A DNA stretch of 64,000 nucleotides, taken from positions 3,294,275 through 3,358,274 of the forward strand of contig CM082587.2 of assembly GCA_040954595.2 (NCBI GenBank), written 5' to 3'. The translations under genes were made by a program, and so were the position numbers. The notes beneath the pieces were generated by a model. The model did no database searches. It saw nothing but the letters and a program-made list of their open reading frames with translations, and was not told where the DNA came from. Every line of letters begins with the position of its first letter. Position 1 is the stretch's first letter. Shown in pieces: positions 25,340 to 39,600 of the stretch. This DNA comes from Balanoglossus misakiensis (lineage: Eukaryota; Animalia; Hemichordata).

Positions 25340-25512
25340 TGCGCATGCGTTAATTTTCAACCAACATGGCGGCAAAGTGAACGTTATGCGTCTTCTTCCG
25401 AGTACCAAATTCGAACTTTTCCCAAACAAAGCGATCGTATTTCCCCCGGCGGTGCACAGATGGATTCCCTGGTCGGAGAAGACCCGACGTTACCCATAGA
25501 CTTCGATGGCAG
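25340..25512 (+). promoter_or_regulatory. Housekeeping-type promoter and probable non-coding first exon of the centrosomin gene
   Basis: NRF1-like TGCGCATGCG at 25340, YY1-like CAACATGGCGGC at 25361, locally CpG-rich, splice donor CAG|gtttgt after 25512. The next strong acceptor with a (CTTT)n tract is at 30641. Confidence 0.5.
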
Positions 25513-28500
25513 GTTTGTTTTCCGTGCTTTTTGGGCGCGATCGTTTTAAATACCAAAAAATCGTTGGTGATTCATTTGTTATGCCCAGCTGGTGATCGAT
25601 CCTAAATGTAAACAACACGTCGTGCATTCGGTGTTTTTTCGTGTTTGCCCTGTTTCAAGTGAAAGTGACAATAACATTTTCATTTAAGTGGCGTTTAGTG
25701 ATAGTCTGAATGCATTTTTCGGCAGCGATCGTCAATGACATGTCGAATGACAAAATCAAATCTACGCGCACTTTTATATACACGTACTTGTTATGTCACA
25801 GAATAGCGGAACAAGCACACGCTTGTTCCGTTTGTGCAGACGACGGTCATGTATATACACGTAGCGAGATAAATTCAAACGGAAATATTTACTGTGGATT
25901 TTGTTGCCCCAAACCAACTATGATCAACCTTCTGTGATTTTTTTTCTCAGTTTCTGAAACTGCAGTGACTCACAGTTGGTCATCATATGATCCATAATGT
26001 GATTTCCTGTATGTTATAAGGGATCACAGGGCTGCACTATGAAAAGTGAATAAGGCCTGTTGCCTGAGTACATGTCAGCTTGGTCATTACCAATAAATGC
26101 GAACTTCCAGAACATAATGTACTGGTACTTCCACTGACTATTTTTCACAATTGTCTCTGTAGACTAAAGTGTGTTAATAGCAGCATTTATCTCATCTTGT
26201 GTTATGTAGATATCTCTGTACACAGGGATAGGCCAGAGGTTAACACTGACTGGGTAATTACCTGATACCCACATGCCTTTTGGCCTAAATTAGAGTTTGA
26301 AAAAATAAATGACCGACCCCCCCCCCCCCCCATACACCTGATCATTATTCCAAACTGTAAAATAATTTGCCAACAACATGATCGCATTAACTGTCGAGTA
26401 TCACAACTATGGCATAAAATGTCACTACAATATTTCACATTTGAGTTGGGGGAAATCAACTACTGATATCGACAGCGTTTCAAAATTTATAGTTTGGTGC
26501 AGGGTTTGTTGACACTAGGGGGAAATAATCAATAATCTCGGCTTTGTTGCATAAAGTGTAGGTAGGTTAGTAGACAATGGCATGTTATGCAATAATTCAA
26601 CTGAATGCCTTCTTTTGCCTCAAATGATTAGTGTACTGTCTGAGTAGTTTAGTACACAAATTACATTTTGTGGGATTTTTTTTATCTGAAAGTCAGATGT
26701 CCTTGCAGTAAAGAGAAAAAATTAGATTTGAAAAATTAAATATAATAATAATAAATAAATAAAACCAGTTTTCATAATATTATTTCAATAATTTATCATA
26801 TACATGGACATAGTCATACACATTACTAAGTCCAATTAAAACTACATTAACAATCCACACTCACCTATACATCATTTAAAAAATAATATTAAAGTATTAA
26901 AATGCAAACTGAGGTTTGATGAAAATGGTGGATGGAAAGACAACTGATGTCAAATGTTAACCTGTACTCCCTGACATAAATTTCGCCCTTTTTCTCTTCT
27001 GACCATGACCCTTGACCCATATCTTGTTCTCAGAAGTTGCTTTCAAAAAGGTTGATACTAAGGGTTAGTGTGCCGCGAACCATTCTTCCACAAGTGCTGC
27101 AGTGCGTTGGGAGTCAATTGAGTCCTGGAGATCGGAGAATGTGGAGAGGTCGCAGAGCCAGGTATTACACGTCTACAGCCCCTTTTGATTAGCCATTTCT
27201 CTGCTCGCCTGGTGACCGCCACGAGTATGTGTTTGCGCGTCTGCTGTGCGCCTGGAAACTCTGTGTCACTGCTGACGTCCTGAGTGCTACTCGTGAATCC
27301 AAAACTCCTGCAAGTGGAACTTTACGTCAACAGATGAAGTGTTTGGCTTCAGTCAAAAATTACAGTTAGGCAGTGAGTGTCGTAGAGAACTGAGCTGAGC
27401 ATTAAATGGGTAAACAGTGAAATTTTATCTTGCGGCTCCTATTGTGGTAGGTTTTTGTTTTGTGTTCGGTAGATACAGATTGCCAAACATTTACCTGAGA
27501 AACCCATATCAAAATAACGAGCCTCAAATAACGGCTCGTCAGATTGGCAATTCAGGCCTTCAGTGATTCGTTGCCATTGTGAGAAGGGTCGAGTAATGAC
27601 ATTTGATTTCGTCTGTTATCGACGATTACAAAATTTAATGTGGGGGGATGATTATACGTGTAAAGGCATTGTACAGTGCATTGTTATGTATTGTACTGCG
27701 TTGCCTCTCAGTTGACTTGGAGTAATTGATGTCTGCCCTCTGGTGTGAGAGGCCATCAGTGTTGACATTCTTATCTTGCCAAGATACCCCGGCCGTCGAA
27801 TAGTAGGGGGGATCTGAGGGCTGCTGATGTGTGCTGTTGTTCGCGGAATATTTGCCACACTGGATTTCTTGCTCTACTATGGGGACTGACGCATAATGCC
27901 AGTTCTTGATTGTCCAACTCTTGCTGTGCCTTGAAGATGAAAGGTTTTGCTGAACTTCTGTGTGGAATGCCCGATTGTACAGTGCCGTGGTTTGTGTGTC
28001 ATTGAAAGCTGAGAAGGGACCACTAAGAGCTGGTGGGTATACCTGGCAGTGACTGTTTTCAGTAAAAGTTCTTGTAGAGGCTGCATGGTAGGTGTGAGTG
28101 TAGAACTAACATGTTGCGTTGTTCACAAAGAGTAATGTTTTGGAGAGTAGATGAGACAGACCCTTTTGTCGACAATTACCCATTTGGACTTTATTGGCCA
28201 AATTACGGAGCTAATTGGGATGCCTGTATAAACAAATCAATATACTGGTAGAATGATGTTGGCAGGTAACATTTTTTTCTTGTTGAAGAAGGGATACTCA
28301 CATCTATTTTTTTCATATGTTTACCTGTGTCGCATTTACTTCACTCGCGAGTATACATTTTGGAAATACGTGGGGATAAATATAAGCATATGTGGCTTGC
28401 TTCCGAGAAATCACTGCTGTTTATTTGGGTCAGATATGAGATTATCTCACACAGTTGCAGAGCTGCAGTAATTACATGTATTTAAAAAACTCACAAATCA

Positions 28501-30604
28501 TAACACATGTTTAAAATACTGGTACCACCATGTTGTTGTATGTATGTGTATGTATGTATTGTTTATATATGATGGTATAAAAAGTGTAAAATTAAAATTC
28601 TGAATGTTTTGTTCCCTACCCCTAAAATAACTCACTCTCTCTCTTTCTTCAGCTTACGTGATATATTTAGTCCCTTCGTAGTAGAATACTCCAGCTTTTC
28701 CAAAAGCGTGGCATTCCCAGCCTTTGTGCCTTATCAGTAAAGCAGAACTTTAAATGGGTGAAAATCGCAGGATAAAGTTTCCTAAAGCATTTTACAAGCC
28801 TAAAGGAAACAGATGGCAGCAGGATTACCTGAGACAGGAAATATATACATAATACATGTTTTAGTGTCAGAATGTGTAGTTGTAAATGCTAGGTCCATTT
28901 TCCTAATAACGTACCTAATTCATATTTGATAATGACATGCTTCATCAACCCCGTTCTAATTACAGTAGATTTATCTATTTTTAATAACTTGCGTCAAGCA
29001 TGAATTTCGACAATCAGCTCGGCCTGGAAGCCATGTTGGTATGAAATATAATATCAGTATTATTGTCATCATGATCAATAAAACAGTTTTTGACATCTTC
29101 ATTGTGATAAGCCATGTACGTATATCTCTGGTTGACAGAGATACCATGTAACATCAACACTGACTCTCAATTAAAATCAAAAATTATAAATGTTGATGAC
29201 GTCACGACTGCTTTCGATTGAACTCTCAAAAGGTCAGGAACTTGTGATATTAATAAAAATAAACACTTTCCTTTGTGTACATAATGAGAGAAATGATTAA
29301 TACTTCCCTGTACCGCCCACACTGTCTGTTGTATGCATGTACTTGTATTTAGTTTAGCTAAATTATTAATTTCATAATTTATGTATATATGAATGATTCA
29401 TCTATCAAATTGTGATCATTGTTACTATAGAAATTTTTTATATGTACGTGGTGTGATCTTGAATACTGCATGCCGAATTTCTTTTGTGAAAATCATCATT
29501 TTGTCATAATTACATTTTGTTTATGCTGTATTTAAAGGAGAGGTTGTTGTCCTTCCTGGGTCATAATGGGTCTAGTAGGGAAATTCTATACGAGTCTGGT
29601 ACTGGATCCCTCTTGGGAAAAAATTTATGATGTTATTCGGTTGTATTGATGACACTACACTGTAAATAGCAACCAGGATCATATGATCTGTGGTTTAATT
29701 TTGAAGTGGAATAGAGCTGTTGGATTTGTTAGACAGGCGAACACACATCTGACTTTCTTGCCATGATTTGGGTGTTCATATCGAATGGTGCTTTCTCAGA
29801 AGACATTTCAAAGTCATGTTGGCCATGGCAAAGCCTGTAAAATACACTGTGTATAATCACAGGCTATCTTCTGTGTCTGTCAGTGGTACATGTAAGTTGG
29901 TTTTGAATTTCTTTGGCTGTGCTGGTGTCATTTTCACAGCTGCTGCAAAGCAAATAGCTGACCATATAATTCAATGCACCCTGTACATTGACATTTTATC
30001 AATACTAGTAACACTGACATAGGGAACTCAAAAATAACCCCCTATTGATTTGCTAGATAATATGAAAGTGGGATGTTGATATTTATAATATTCTGTTTGA
30101 TACTTACTTTATGTTTTGGTATTTATTGTGAAACACAAGGGATAGAGAAAATGTCACAATCCAGTCACTGAGTTCATGGGTTAATGGTGGTGCTTATTTG
30201 CATGTGATCATGTGATATGCAAATAAGGCTGAAACCAGCATGAATGAAATGGAACATTGTAAATAGCGATTTGCATACGGTCATGTGATATGCAAATGAG
30301 GTTCCATTTCATGGAACTTTCTCTATCAATGTGTTCTTTTTCATCCAAACACTGAAAGTTTTTGGCTGTGCAATGCAGGTAGGATATAGCTCTGTTTCCA
30401 AGGCAAATGAAAGGGAAAATAGTTGAAATTATCAACACTTTTTCATATTTTGGTCGGCAATGTCATCTTTTCCACTTGACGTGGAAAACTGGGTACAGGT
30501 TGTTTGCCATTCATTCAGTTTTTTGGGCAAAAAAAGTTGGGCAAACATATTGATAAGGTTCCTGCACTAAGAAGATTAAAACAGGGTTGCAGGCAATAAT
30601 CCTG

Positions 30605-30633
30605 TCTTTCTTTCTTTCTTTCTTTCTTTCTTT
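30605..30633. repeat. (CTTT)n microsatellite forming a polypyrimidine tract
   Basis: Read directly; lies just before the acceptor at 30641. Confidence 0.85.
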
Positions 30634-30691
30634 CAACTTCAGTTTAAGAACTTTCAAGCATCAACCGAGAAACTTTACGGAATCAGCCGTG

Positions 30692-33600
30692 ATGAATTAC
30701 TCCAATGAAGACGAGTGGCCCGACGGTCCGCCCAGTGAGTAAAACTCTTAAAAATAACAAGCATCTATTTTCCATTTCTGGTATCAGTATTACCTCGACT
30801 GCTTTCTCTTAATAAAAAGCCAATTATTGCTGCCAATTATTACTGTATTTCAGTTTTCCGTTTCTTGGTGGGTTTTTTTGCAGCCATAACGAAAGCCAGA
30901 ACTGGGCAGAAATCTCCCGTAATGAGGATGACAGTCAAAGACGTAGAGGCTGTAAGTACAAGGATTTTGTTAACTTTTTCTTTCTTTTGTCTACAAGTAA
31001 TATTATTCAGTTAACTCAACAACTTCTTTAGTAACATTGTAAAAAGATTCTACATCTCTGCTTCATCAACTTTTGCAGGAATACATACATTTACGGAACA
31101 TTGTACAAAGTCTTACAGAAAAAAACAGGTTGAAAGTACTGCTGTTTTTATTTGCAGCAACTGGGATCCTTGAAGAAGGAAAACTTCAGCCTGAAGCTGA
31201 GGATTTTCCACATGGAAGAACAGATGCGTAGAGATTGGAAAGATGCCGACAACGAAGGCATTGTCAATCAGGTAGGAATCACAACCGGTCGCGTCAGCTC
31301 TGTCCACATCAGTTGAATGTCCACGGATTAATTAAAAAGTTTGGAAATGCCAGTGTGGAGGGTTATCACTGCTCTTCATTTGTACTTTGACCTTTCTTCA
31401 AGGAACCCCTGAAAATTGTGAAAAGTATTGTGGTGTTTTTTTTATAATTTCAAGTTCCCCTTTTAAATACATGTAGTATGGTCTAAAATGTTCTTAATAC
31501 TACAGTGTAAACTCCTTATACATGTAAATCATTACCCCTCTATATATGTATAAATTAATCTTGCTGTGGTGATAAGGTAAGATGGCATGTAATTTAATAC
31601 TGATCCATAAACTTTAAACATAAAGTTATAATACAAATGGAGTGTGGAGAATCATTTTAAAGGTTGTTGTCTTTGCCTGATTTTACCAAAACATTCTCAA
31701 CTAATATGAATGATGATGATGTTTCTTTTGAAAATAAAGCAAAGAGGAAAAGCTGTAAGGGAGGTACGTCCTACACGAAGTTAAAAAATATTTTATTATT
31801 TACCATATTATCATATGTAGTGGGTGTGCCACAGTTGTGGTTTGAAACCTGAAAGTGTTTTTTGCAATGTTTTTTTTTTCATCTCACCACTTTAAATTTA
31901 GGATCTCGAGACGCCAGTTAAAACGAAAAAACAGCTTGAGAAAGAGGTAGAGTAGAGGAGTTTGTTAGGATTTTAGACAAAGAAGTTCTAATACATTTGT
32001 AAACTGTAGGAGAATGCTAGGAATTTATAGTACATGTATATGATTTATATGTTAGGTCTTTAACATTACTGTTAATTATAAATTACATATAAACTATTAG
32101 TATAGGGTTGTAAATGATATGTTTGCCCTTTGACAACATAATATACTTAGATTGTATGAAGATATAAATCTCAGTAAACTGTTTAGGTCAGTTTGAGTTA
32201 AAATTACGGTACAGACCCCTGGTTAGCCCTAAGCCGACACTGTGGGAAACATAGAACTGATCTGTACTGTAGTTTTAGTAAGACAGGCAATATGTTTGTC
32301 ATCAGGATATTAGCATGTTGCAGATTGATAGACTCATAGAAAATGTATCATAAAATTGTATTAAAATACAGAATTAGAAGGGAAGAGATACATGCACAAA
32401 GGAACTCACTGCTCCCAAAGGTTAAAACCACTGATCTCTGCATGCCACTAAACAATTCATGTACAGCCGCTGGGCCATCAATGTCACATGTGTCTATAAT
32501 GTATGCGCAGATTGGATTATGCAAATTTGAGTGAAATGTACACATCACAATGTGGAATCGGGCCAGAAATGGATACATGTATATATCGTAACAGAACTAA
32601 ATCTGTGTAGACTTAACTCTATTTAAATGTCCCTTGTTTTTTTCTTGTTGGTCAGCATGAAATAAATGCAAAAATAACAGCAAATGCAAACGTCAATGTG
32701 GTATAATTCTCAATCGCTTGTTTGGTACATGCGCAATATGTCGTCACTGATTTAAAAGCAATTTTTTGGAAAGAATTGTAAATACAGCAGTGTAACATCT
32801 GGCGCAGTCTTTTATTATTATGCTAAATCTGCCAACACTCACATTTTGTGCTGCAATCAGAACACCACGCCACCAAGGTGGTTTGGAATGAAGTTGAAAT
32901 AGTCTGCACGGATAAAATCTCTTCCAGTTGAGGTACAGTCTCTATATTTACATGTGTACATACATGTAAGCAACATTAGGTCTGTAAATTATTATATTTT
33001 CTCTGTATATTTATGTATTTGTAACAGTCTTCTGGTATTGATTTGTTTTCCATACCAATAATGATATTCTTCCTGTGTGTGTTGATTTTTTCCCCTTCAG
33101 AACATCGAGTTAAAGGTGTCAGTTGAGCAACTACGCCAGGAACTGAGTGACAATCAACAGCTACTGATAAAGGCCAGGTGAGTTCAACACTTTTCACCCC
33201 CCATTTTCCTCTTACCTTGGATAACATGAGAGACAATGTTGTAGCTGGCAAGCGGACAATAATATCAGGTTACTTCAACATGTAACAAAAAATGGTGACA
33301 ACAATCTCAAGTTGCAGTTACACGCATTGTGTTTCTTGAGGTCACATTGCACTTCGTGCAGAGATATTTCTGGCCGGGACCAGCCCCATATAGCTGACCC
33401 AGAGCCATCGTGGGTTAGGTCATTTCAACCTTTCACTGCGTCATTAACATACACGGCATAAACAATACACTGGCTGGAGAAGTGATTTTAGCTAACACTG
33501 TCTAGTGTTAGCTAATCAGAAAATGAGTTGTTTGTTAACCCTTTCAGGTAAAATTGTCCCTCAGGCCTGAGAGGGTATTACGTCCCTCAAAATATCAAGA

Positions 33601-36600
33601 AAGAGAGAGTATCTTTGTTCATTTATCTCTGAAGAGTGTCAAGCGTCTTTCTTTGTTCTTCTTGTCGTGCAGGAAAGCTCTTGATGATCTGGAGAGCCAA
33701 CGTGAGATGGTATCAGACATGGAGGAGACCATTCACAGGCTGAGAGCTGAGATGCAACTACGCGAGGTGGAATGCCAAGTAGGGAAATGACACTTTTGCT
33801 CCTATCATTTTCACTTTTAATTCTTGCTTGAAAGCACGACATTTGTCCCAAGTTTGTGTCCAATCTACAATCCTTAGACTCTGTTCTGTGCCCACAAATA
33901 CCAGCAAAGCCCCAGTCAAGATCTCAGTTAGACACACTCACACAGTGATAAAAGTTATCTAGTTTTAGTGGAGTGCTTAGACAACTAATGTAAATGCATG
34001 CATTAATGTGCACTTCCTGATAGGAGCTGCGACAAGCCTTGGAGTTGGCCAATTTTGAGGTGGAGGAAACTAAAACCAATCTAGACATACTCCACGAGGT
34101 AAAAACTTTAGCTAGGGTAGAGTAAAATGATCGCGTGCATTTGAAAAACTACCAAAAATTAGGTTTCACACCAGTCCGTGTTATCAGCTGCTTGGAAAGT
34201 ACAGTAAATGTTCTTGCTTAGCTTTGATCAGTAAACTCATGTTTGATGTATTTATCTGACGCTAGGAGAATAATCAGTACAAAAGAAACACCGAAATTTG
34301 GACACGCCAGGAGAGACTCGAACCTAAGGTTTTTGGTTGTGACTACAAGTGTATAGAGGTAAATTTAGGTGTAGATTGACAGTTCTCTATTATACAGTTA
34401 GGCATGCAATGACAGTGTAAAAAGTGCAATTAAATAATTGAAAAAAAGCAACGAAATGTTTGTTAATTAATGTTTAAAAATGCTGTGGAGAACTGTGAGT
34501 TATTATAGTTTATAGTGGAGATAGAGTGGTCACTGGTGATTGCATTTGTTCGTCAATTGAATGCTGTTTTGATTGACAGCTCCGACAGCAACAGGACATT
34601 CAAATTTCTCGGCTGAAAGAACAGAATGAGAGGTTGAGAGTTGTCAGAGGAAAGACCCCCCAACAGGTAAATAAAAAAATTGCAGTTAGGCTTAATGTTT
34701 AGGTAGGGCGTTCAAAATCATTCATTTATGATGATAACTTTGTTATTTTAATACATTGTACTGTATAATAGCTTTTTTCCCCCTTGTACTTTAATTTTAG
34801 TTACAGCATTTGTACAGGTATAAACAAGAGAAACTCACATCACCAAGTTTCTGCTTGCTGTAAAGCACAGCTTTATCTAAGATTTAGCAGTTGCGGTCTG
34901 CAAACTAAGATGTAGAATACTGTAGCTTTTAGGTGTGTTAACTCCAAGATTTAAGAATGTATTGAGTGCTGGTATTTGTGGGAGGAAGGACAAGATATCT
35001 GTAGCTTTTTACTTTTAGTATCCCATCGGACATGTACATGTAAGCAAGATTTAGCGCCAGTGTAAAGTTTGGAATGGCATCATGGGACTGAGTTGTGCTT
35101 AGAGTGTGTTGAGTCAATCTCCTGCATTAACATTGTCTCCCACCCTGTCCAAGTTTGGGTTGGATTCAAAGCACTTCACATCCACCATTTTTGCTAACCT
35201 CCCGAGAGACATGGACAGGGGGTTACGTCCTACCATTCGTGTGTGTGTGTGTATTGTCAACAAACAGAGCCTGAGAAATGCTATGCAAGAACAAAGGACG
35301 GAACATCAGAGGAGAATCCAAGATGAAGTGGCCGAACAACTGAAAGGCAAAGATGAAGTCATTCACCAACTGTACGGCGATGTTGAAGAAAAAGATAACC
35401 AGTGCAAAGTAAATGAAATTTAATACTTTGGAAATTGTTTGTTAAAGAGTTCTTGTATTTTAGTGTGGCTGAACTTAAAAGGTAATGCTAGCTATCATGT
35501 ATGAAAATGTACAATCGTGTTCATGGCTGAAGTGACAAGTAAACAAGGAGATTAACACATAGACTTTTCATAGGGAGTAGGGTTAGGGGTTTCCAGGGCT
35601 TGCTGTGAGGATTTAAAGTTGTGAATTGACAGATTATTATGTTTGTTGTCCATGACAGAAACTGCAAGAAGAAGTTACCACCATCAGAAATGAACTGCAC
35701 AAACACAAGCTCCAGGCCCAGAAGAAGGAGAAAGGCGTGAACGATATGGTTTTAGACAAAGAGGGGGAAATCAATCGGTTGAACAGTGATGTGGAGGAGA
35801 GGGAACATCGGTGTAAAGTAATTAATTTTTCTCTTGAAAAGTGTTGAGTTAACCCTTTCACCACTATGGTCAAGGCCAAACCCATTGTTTTCTATGGTCA
35901 AGTTGGACCTCTAAAGATGGAACTGGGGGTGGAAGGGTTAATGTGTTTGGTGTGTTGGGTGCTGGGGTGTCCATTGAAGTCAAGTTCAGACAATATTTGA
36001 AACTACATATGGAAACAAACTGCCTAGTACACCCCTGACATTCCAGCATTTCTTGTTGTCTATGATAATAGAAGCTGGAAAACAAAGTCCAGTCTCTGAA
36101 AAAGGATTTGCAAAAACAGAAAATGGAATCGCAGAAAATGGAATCGCAGAAAAAGAGCCAAGACGACGTCAGTGAACAGCTGAGAGGGAAAGACAACACC
36201 ATCAAGAAGATGACCAATGATCTGGACGATCGAGTCCGTCGTTGTAAAGTAAATAAAACTGGTCTTGATACTGAAACTTGCATTTCTTTCGTCTCTTTCT
36301 CTTCACCTTCAGCACTCTCAGTGGTTACATCTTTGATTGAATAATAATTCATTTCACTGAGTTCTTCTTCCAATGAAAGATGCCATCAGATCATCACCAT
36401 GTTCAGAGTTAGTTATTTGTGACACTCTTCAATAGGTCAGGGTTTCAGATTTAGTTTTTATTTCTACAAGTTAATAACCTGATTCCAGATTTAATAGATT
36501 TAGAAGTTTATTATTTTTGGCCAGATTTAGACTTCAATAGGTAGATTTAGTTTTTCTGAATAATGTCATGAGAAAAAATTACAAAACCTTTCCTCGCCTT

Positions 36601-39600
36601 TTCTTTCAGAAAACATTTAATTCTTTTAAGATTAACCTGTCCTTCCACTGATGGGGGTAGACCTAATCACTAGGAGGCAAGGATGAGGGGTTTTAAAAAG
36701 AAATTCAACAAATCTGATTTGATGTTCTTGTTTTCCAGGCTCTGACTGTGCAGGTGGAGTCTCTGAAACAACGTCTGACCGATCAGAAGTACGCCCTGCA
36801 GGAGCATTACACAGGATTGTTAGAAGACCACCAAGACCAGGTCAAGAAGCGAGACCGAATGATCATCGAGTTGTCCCAAAGCCTGGGCGAGAAAGACCAA
36901 TTGATCAAGGTACGTGTGTGTGTCCCCACCCCTTAAGAAGAACGCGACAAAAGTAACATTGTAGGCTTTTGAGAGAGGTGTTAAGGAAACGATAGACATC
37001 AAAATAAATCAGACTTCAAGCAATAAAGATGGTGACTTGTACAAATGACTTATATTGTCTGTGACCTGACGTTGAAAGGGGTTCACATGCATTGAAAGGC
37101 ATGGGGTCAAGGTGAGGTCATATTGCAGACAATGGGTGTACTCGGGTGAAAATTGCAGGTGATGATAACCGTATGTTGCAAAAGCTGGTCCAGAAGATGA
37201 GACTTTGATTTGGTAGATGTTGATTTGAGAACGATTGTGGATTACTAGGTTGATTTACAATAAAAATGAAATTCTGTTATAATAGTGATTCTTTGAACTC
37301 TTAAAAACAATTCTCAACTTATTCCTACAGGAACTGATGGAAAAAGAAGGATCATCTGATGTAAGTAACTCGTATCATATGTTCTGTCTCCTTTGAGGAA
37401 AAGAATTTTTTTGTCCAGAGTTATTAAATTTTGCAAAGATAAAAAATGAAAAATTGAATTTTAAAGATTTTTTTTCGTTCTGATTTCACAGCAGGACAAA
37501 GACAGCAGCAAGGAGGTCATGATTCAAAGCCTCAGACGTGCTTTGAAAGACCGGGACCAATCTCTGGAAGTAAGAAAATATAACATCTTTCTCTCCACTT
37601 TTGTTTTTATTTTATTTCCCCATTTCATGTGCCTTGGCAAAACGGGTTGGTTTGAAATACTTGTAATATATGCAGTCAGTTGGTCATATTGTGCATGTAT
37701 TTGGGTTGTTTCCTGTTACAGGAGGCCATCGATGAAAAGTTCAAATCTCTGGAGCTGAAAGACGATGAGATCCGCGCTATGAGGATAACGATGCGCGAGA
37801 AAGACCGCACAATGGACGACCAAGGTGACAAGATCGACCATCTCAAAGACAGGCTTGCTGTAAGTTTGCTTAAACTTGGCTTTGGTTAGCAAGTTGGGTC
37901 ACGAGCCGTACTGCAGGCAGGGATACAAGAGCATGAAACACGTTTTAGAGATAAAAAATCATAGGGTTATTCACAGAAAATAGCCATGCATAGATCAGGA
38001 CTTTGTGTGTGACAATGTATTCATCGAGCTTGCAGGATGAGTCACACACAATCAAATTAATATACATATCTGCATTCTCGACCATTTTCAGCAAATGGAA
38101 GACAAGTTGCAAGACCGTGAAGCAGAGATTGGACAGTACCTACAGTCACTGAAGACCACCCAGAAAGTTGTTGAGGTAAGACAATTCCTTGCTCTTGGTT
38201 CTATCTGCCACAACTTTTGATACTATACTGAGAAACATCTTCAATTTATATGTGTGGTGTGTTTGAGCCATGACCTCTATGATACTTGTTCCCTCCATCA
38301 GGAGACCATGGCCAACCATGAGAGGGTCGTAGCTGAGAAGGAAGGCATCATCAAAAGCATGCAGGAACAAATGCACAACAAGGATGAGAAGATCTGCAGA
38401 TCCACCATGAACATGATCAAGACCGCCAAGACCTGCGGAATCATGAACGGAGAAGAGGGATTCCTGATCAATGATTTGAACGACAGACTGAAGGAGAGAG
38501 ACAGTCTGATAGAGGTCGGTTGTACTTTTGTTTGGTGGTTTTGTTTGGTGTGGTGTCTGTGTGTGTGAAGGAAAAGCAATTTAGCTGGGGATACAGTTTG
38601 TGTATTGGGTGAATATCCAGGGGGGGCCAGTTACTGTTCAAGAACCGAACCAGATTGAGAATGGTTTCTCTTCTCTGCTCTACAGGAGGTGATGGCCGAG
38701 AGATCTAAGGCCACTGCAGCCCATGAGAAGGCAACTGGTGATCTGATGCAGGCTCTGAAGGATAAAGACCAGTACCTCAAGGTCCGTGTTGTTTCAAAGT
38801 TAAGAATTTGGGGAGGGGAGGGGAATGGAAGAGTAATAAATAACCTTTGCACACTGACCCCTTGGTACCCGTATTGTAATCAGGATACTTTTGGGGACAT
38901 ATGTGAAGAAAAGCATTATTATTGACAGTGGTGTCACAGATTTACAAATGAGAATAACTTGTTTCTAAATAAACGTGTATATAAATTGGTCGGTCATTTT
39001 TAATGGTATCTAGACCAAGATAGTTATATGCCCTGAGGGTCTGCCCAATCTGACAGTTTACTGACAAATTTACGAGCGGTGTTGAATCTCCCTGTTGTGT
39101 GGAAATGTGGATTTTAATAGTTTGGTCGCCAGAATGGCGTGTCTTAACATGACACTGCGTATTGTGTGTCTCTGCGTTGCAACGGGCAGAGTTCATTCTC
39201 TTACAACTGTGTCAGTCTTCGGTTGACGGATCGTTTTGAAATGTTTAATGCCATGCTCAATGGGGATGTGTTCTGGGGTTTGTGTCTAGGCGAAGGTGAG
39301 TGCTGAGGGTTGGTTTTGAGTAGATTTTTATGGCGCATGAAGGTTTATTCTTTGCTGTTTACAGTCAGTTTTCTTGTGGTGATTGTGTCCCTGTGTATTT
39401 GACGCGTGCTTTTGCAGAATGTACACAGAATGGCATTTGGGTATTTGCCAAGGGTGAAAGAAAATATTGTTCAGTTAAAAAAATTGAATGACTGTCTGAA
39501 TTTTTTTTGCAGAACTGAACAAATTCATGTAAAATTTCCAGGATGCGTGGTTAAAACTGTTGTCACATCCAGCATATTTGTGCATTTTGTGACGTTGTAA

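Noticed and set aside
27060-27411. Alternative first exon ending ATG G|gtaaac, which would be in frame with exon 30884
   Set aside because: Weak donor and only four coding bases; this could easily arise by chance.
39241-39301. Strong donor AAG|gtgagt in a centrosomin intron, with an upstream ATG
   Set aside because: The phase is incompatible with the next exon and the phase-0 frame has a stop. It is at most a non-coding exon.
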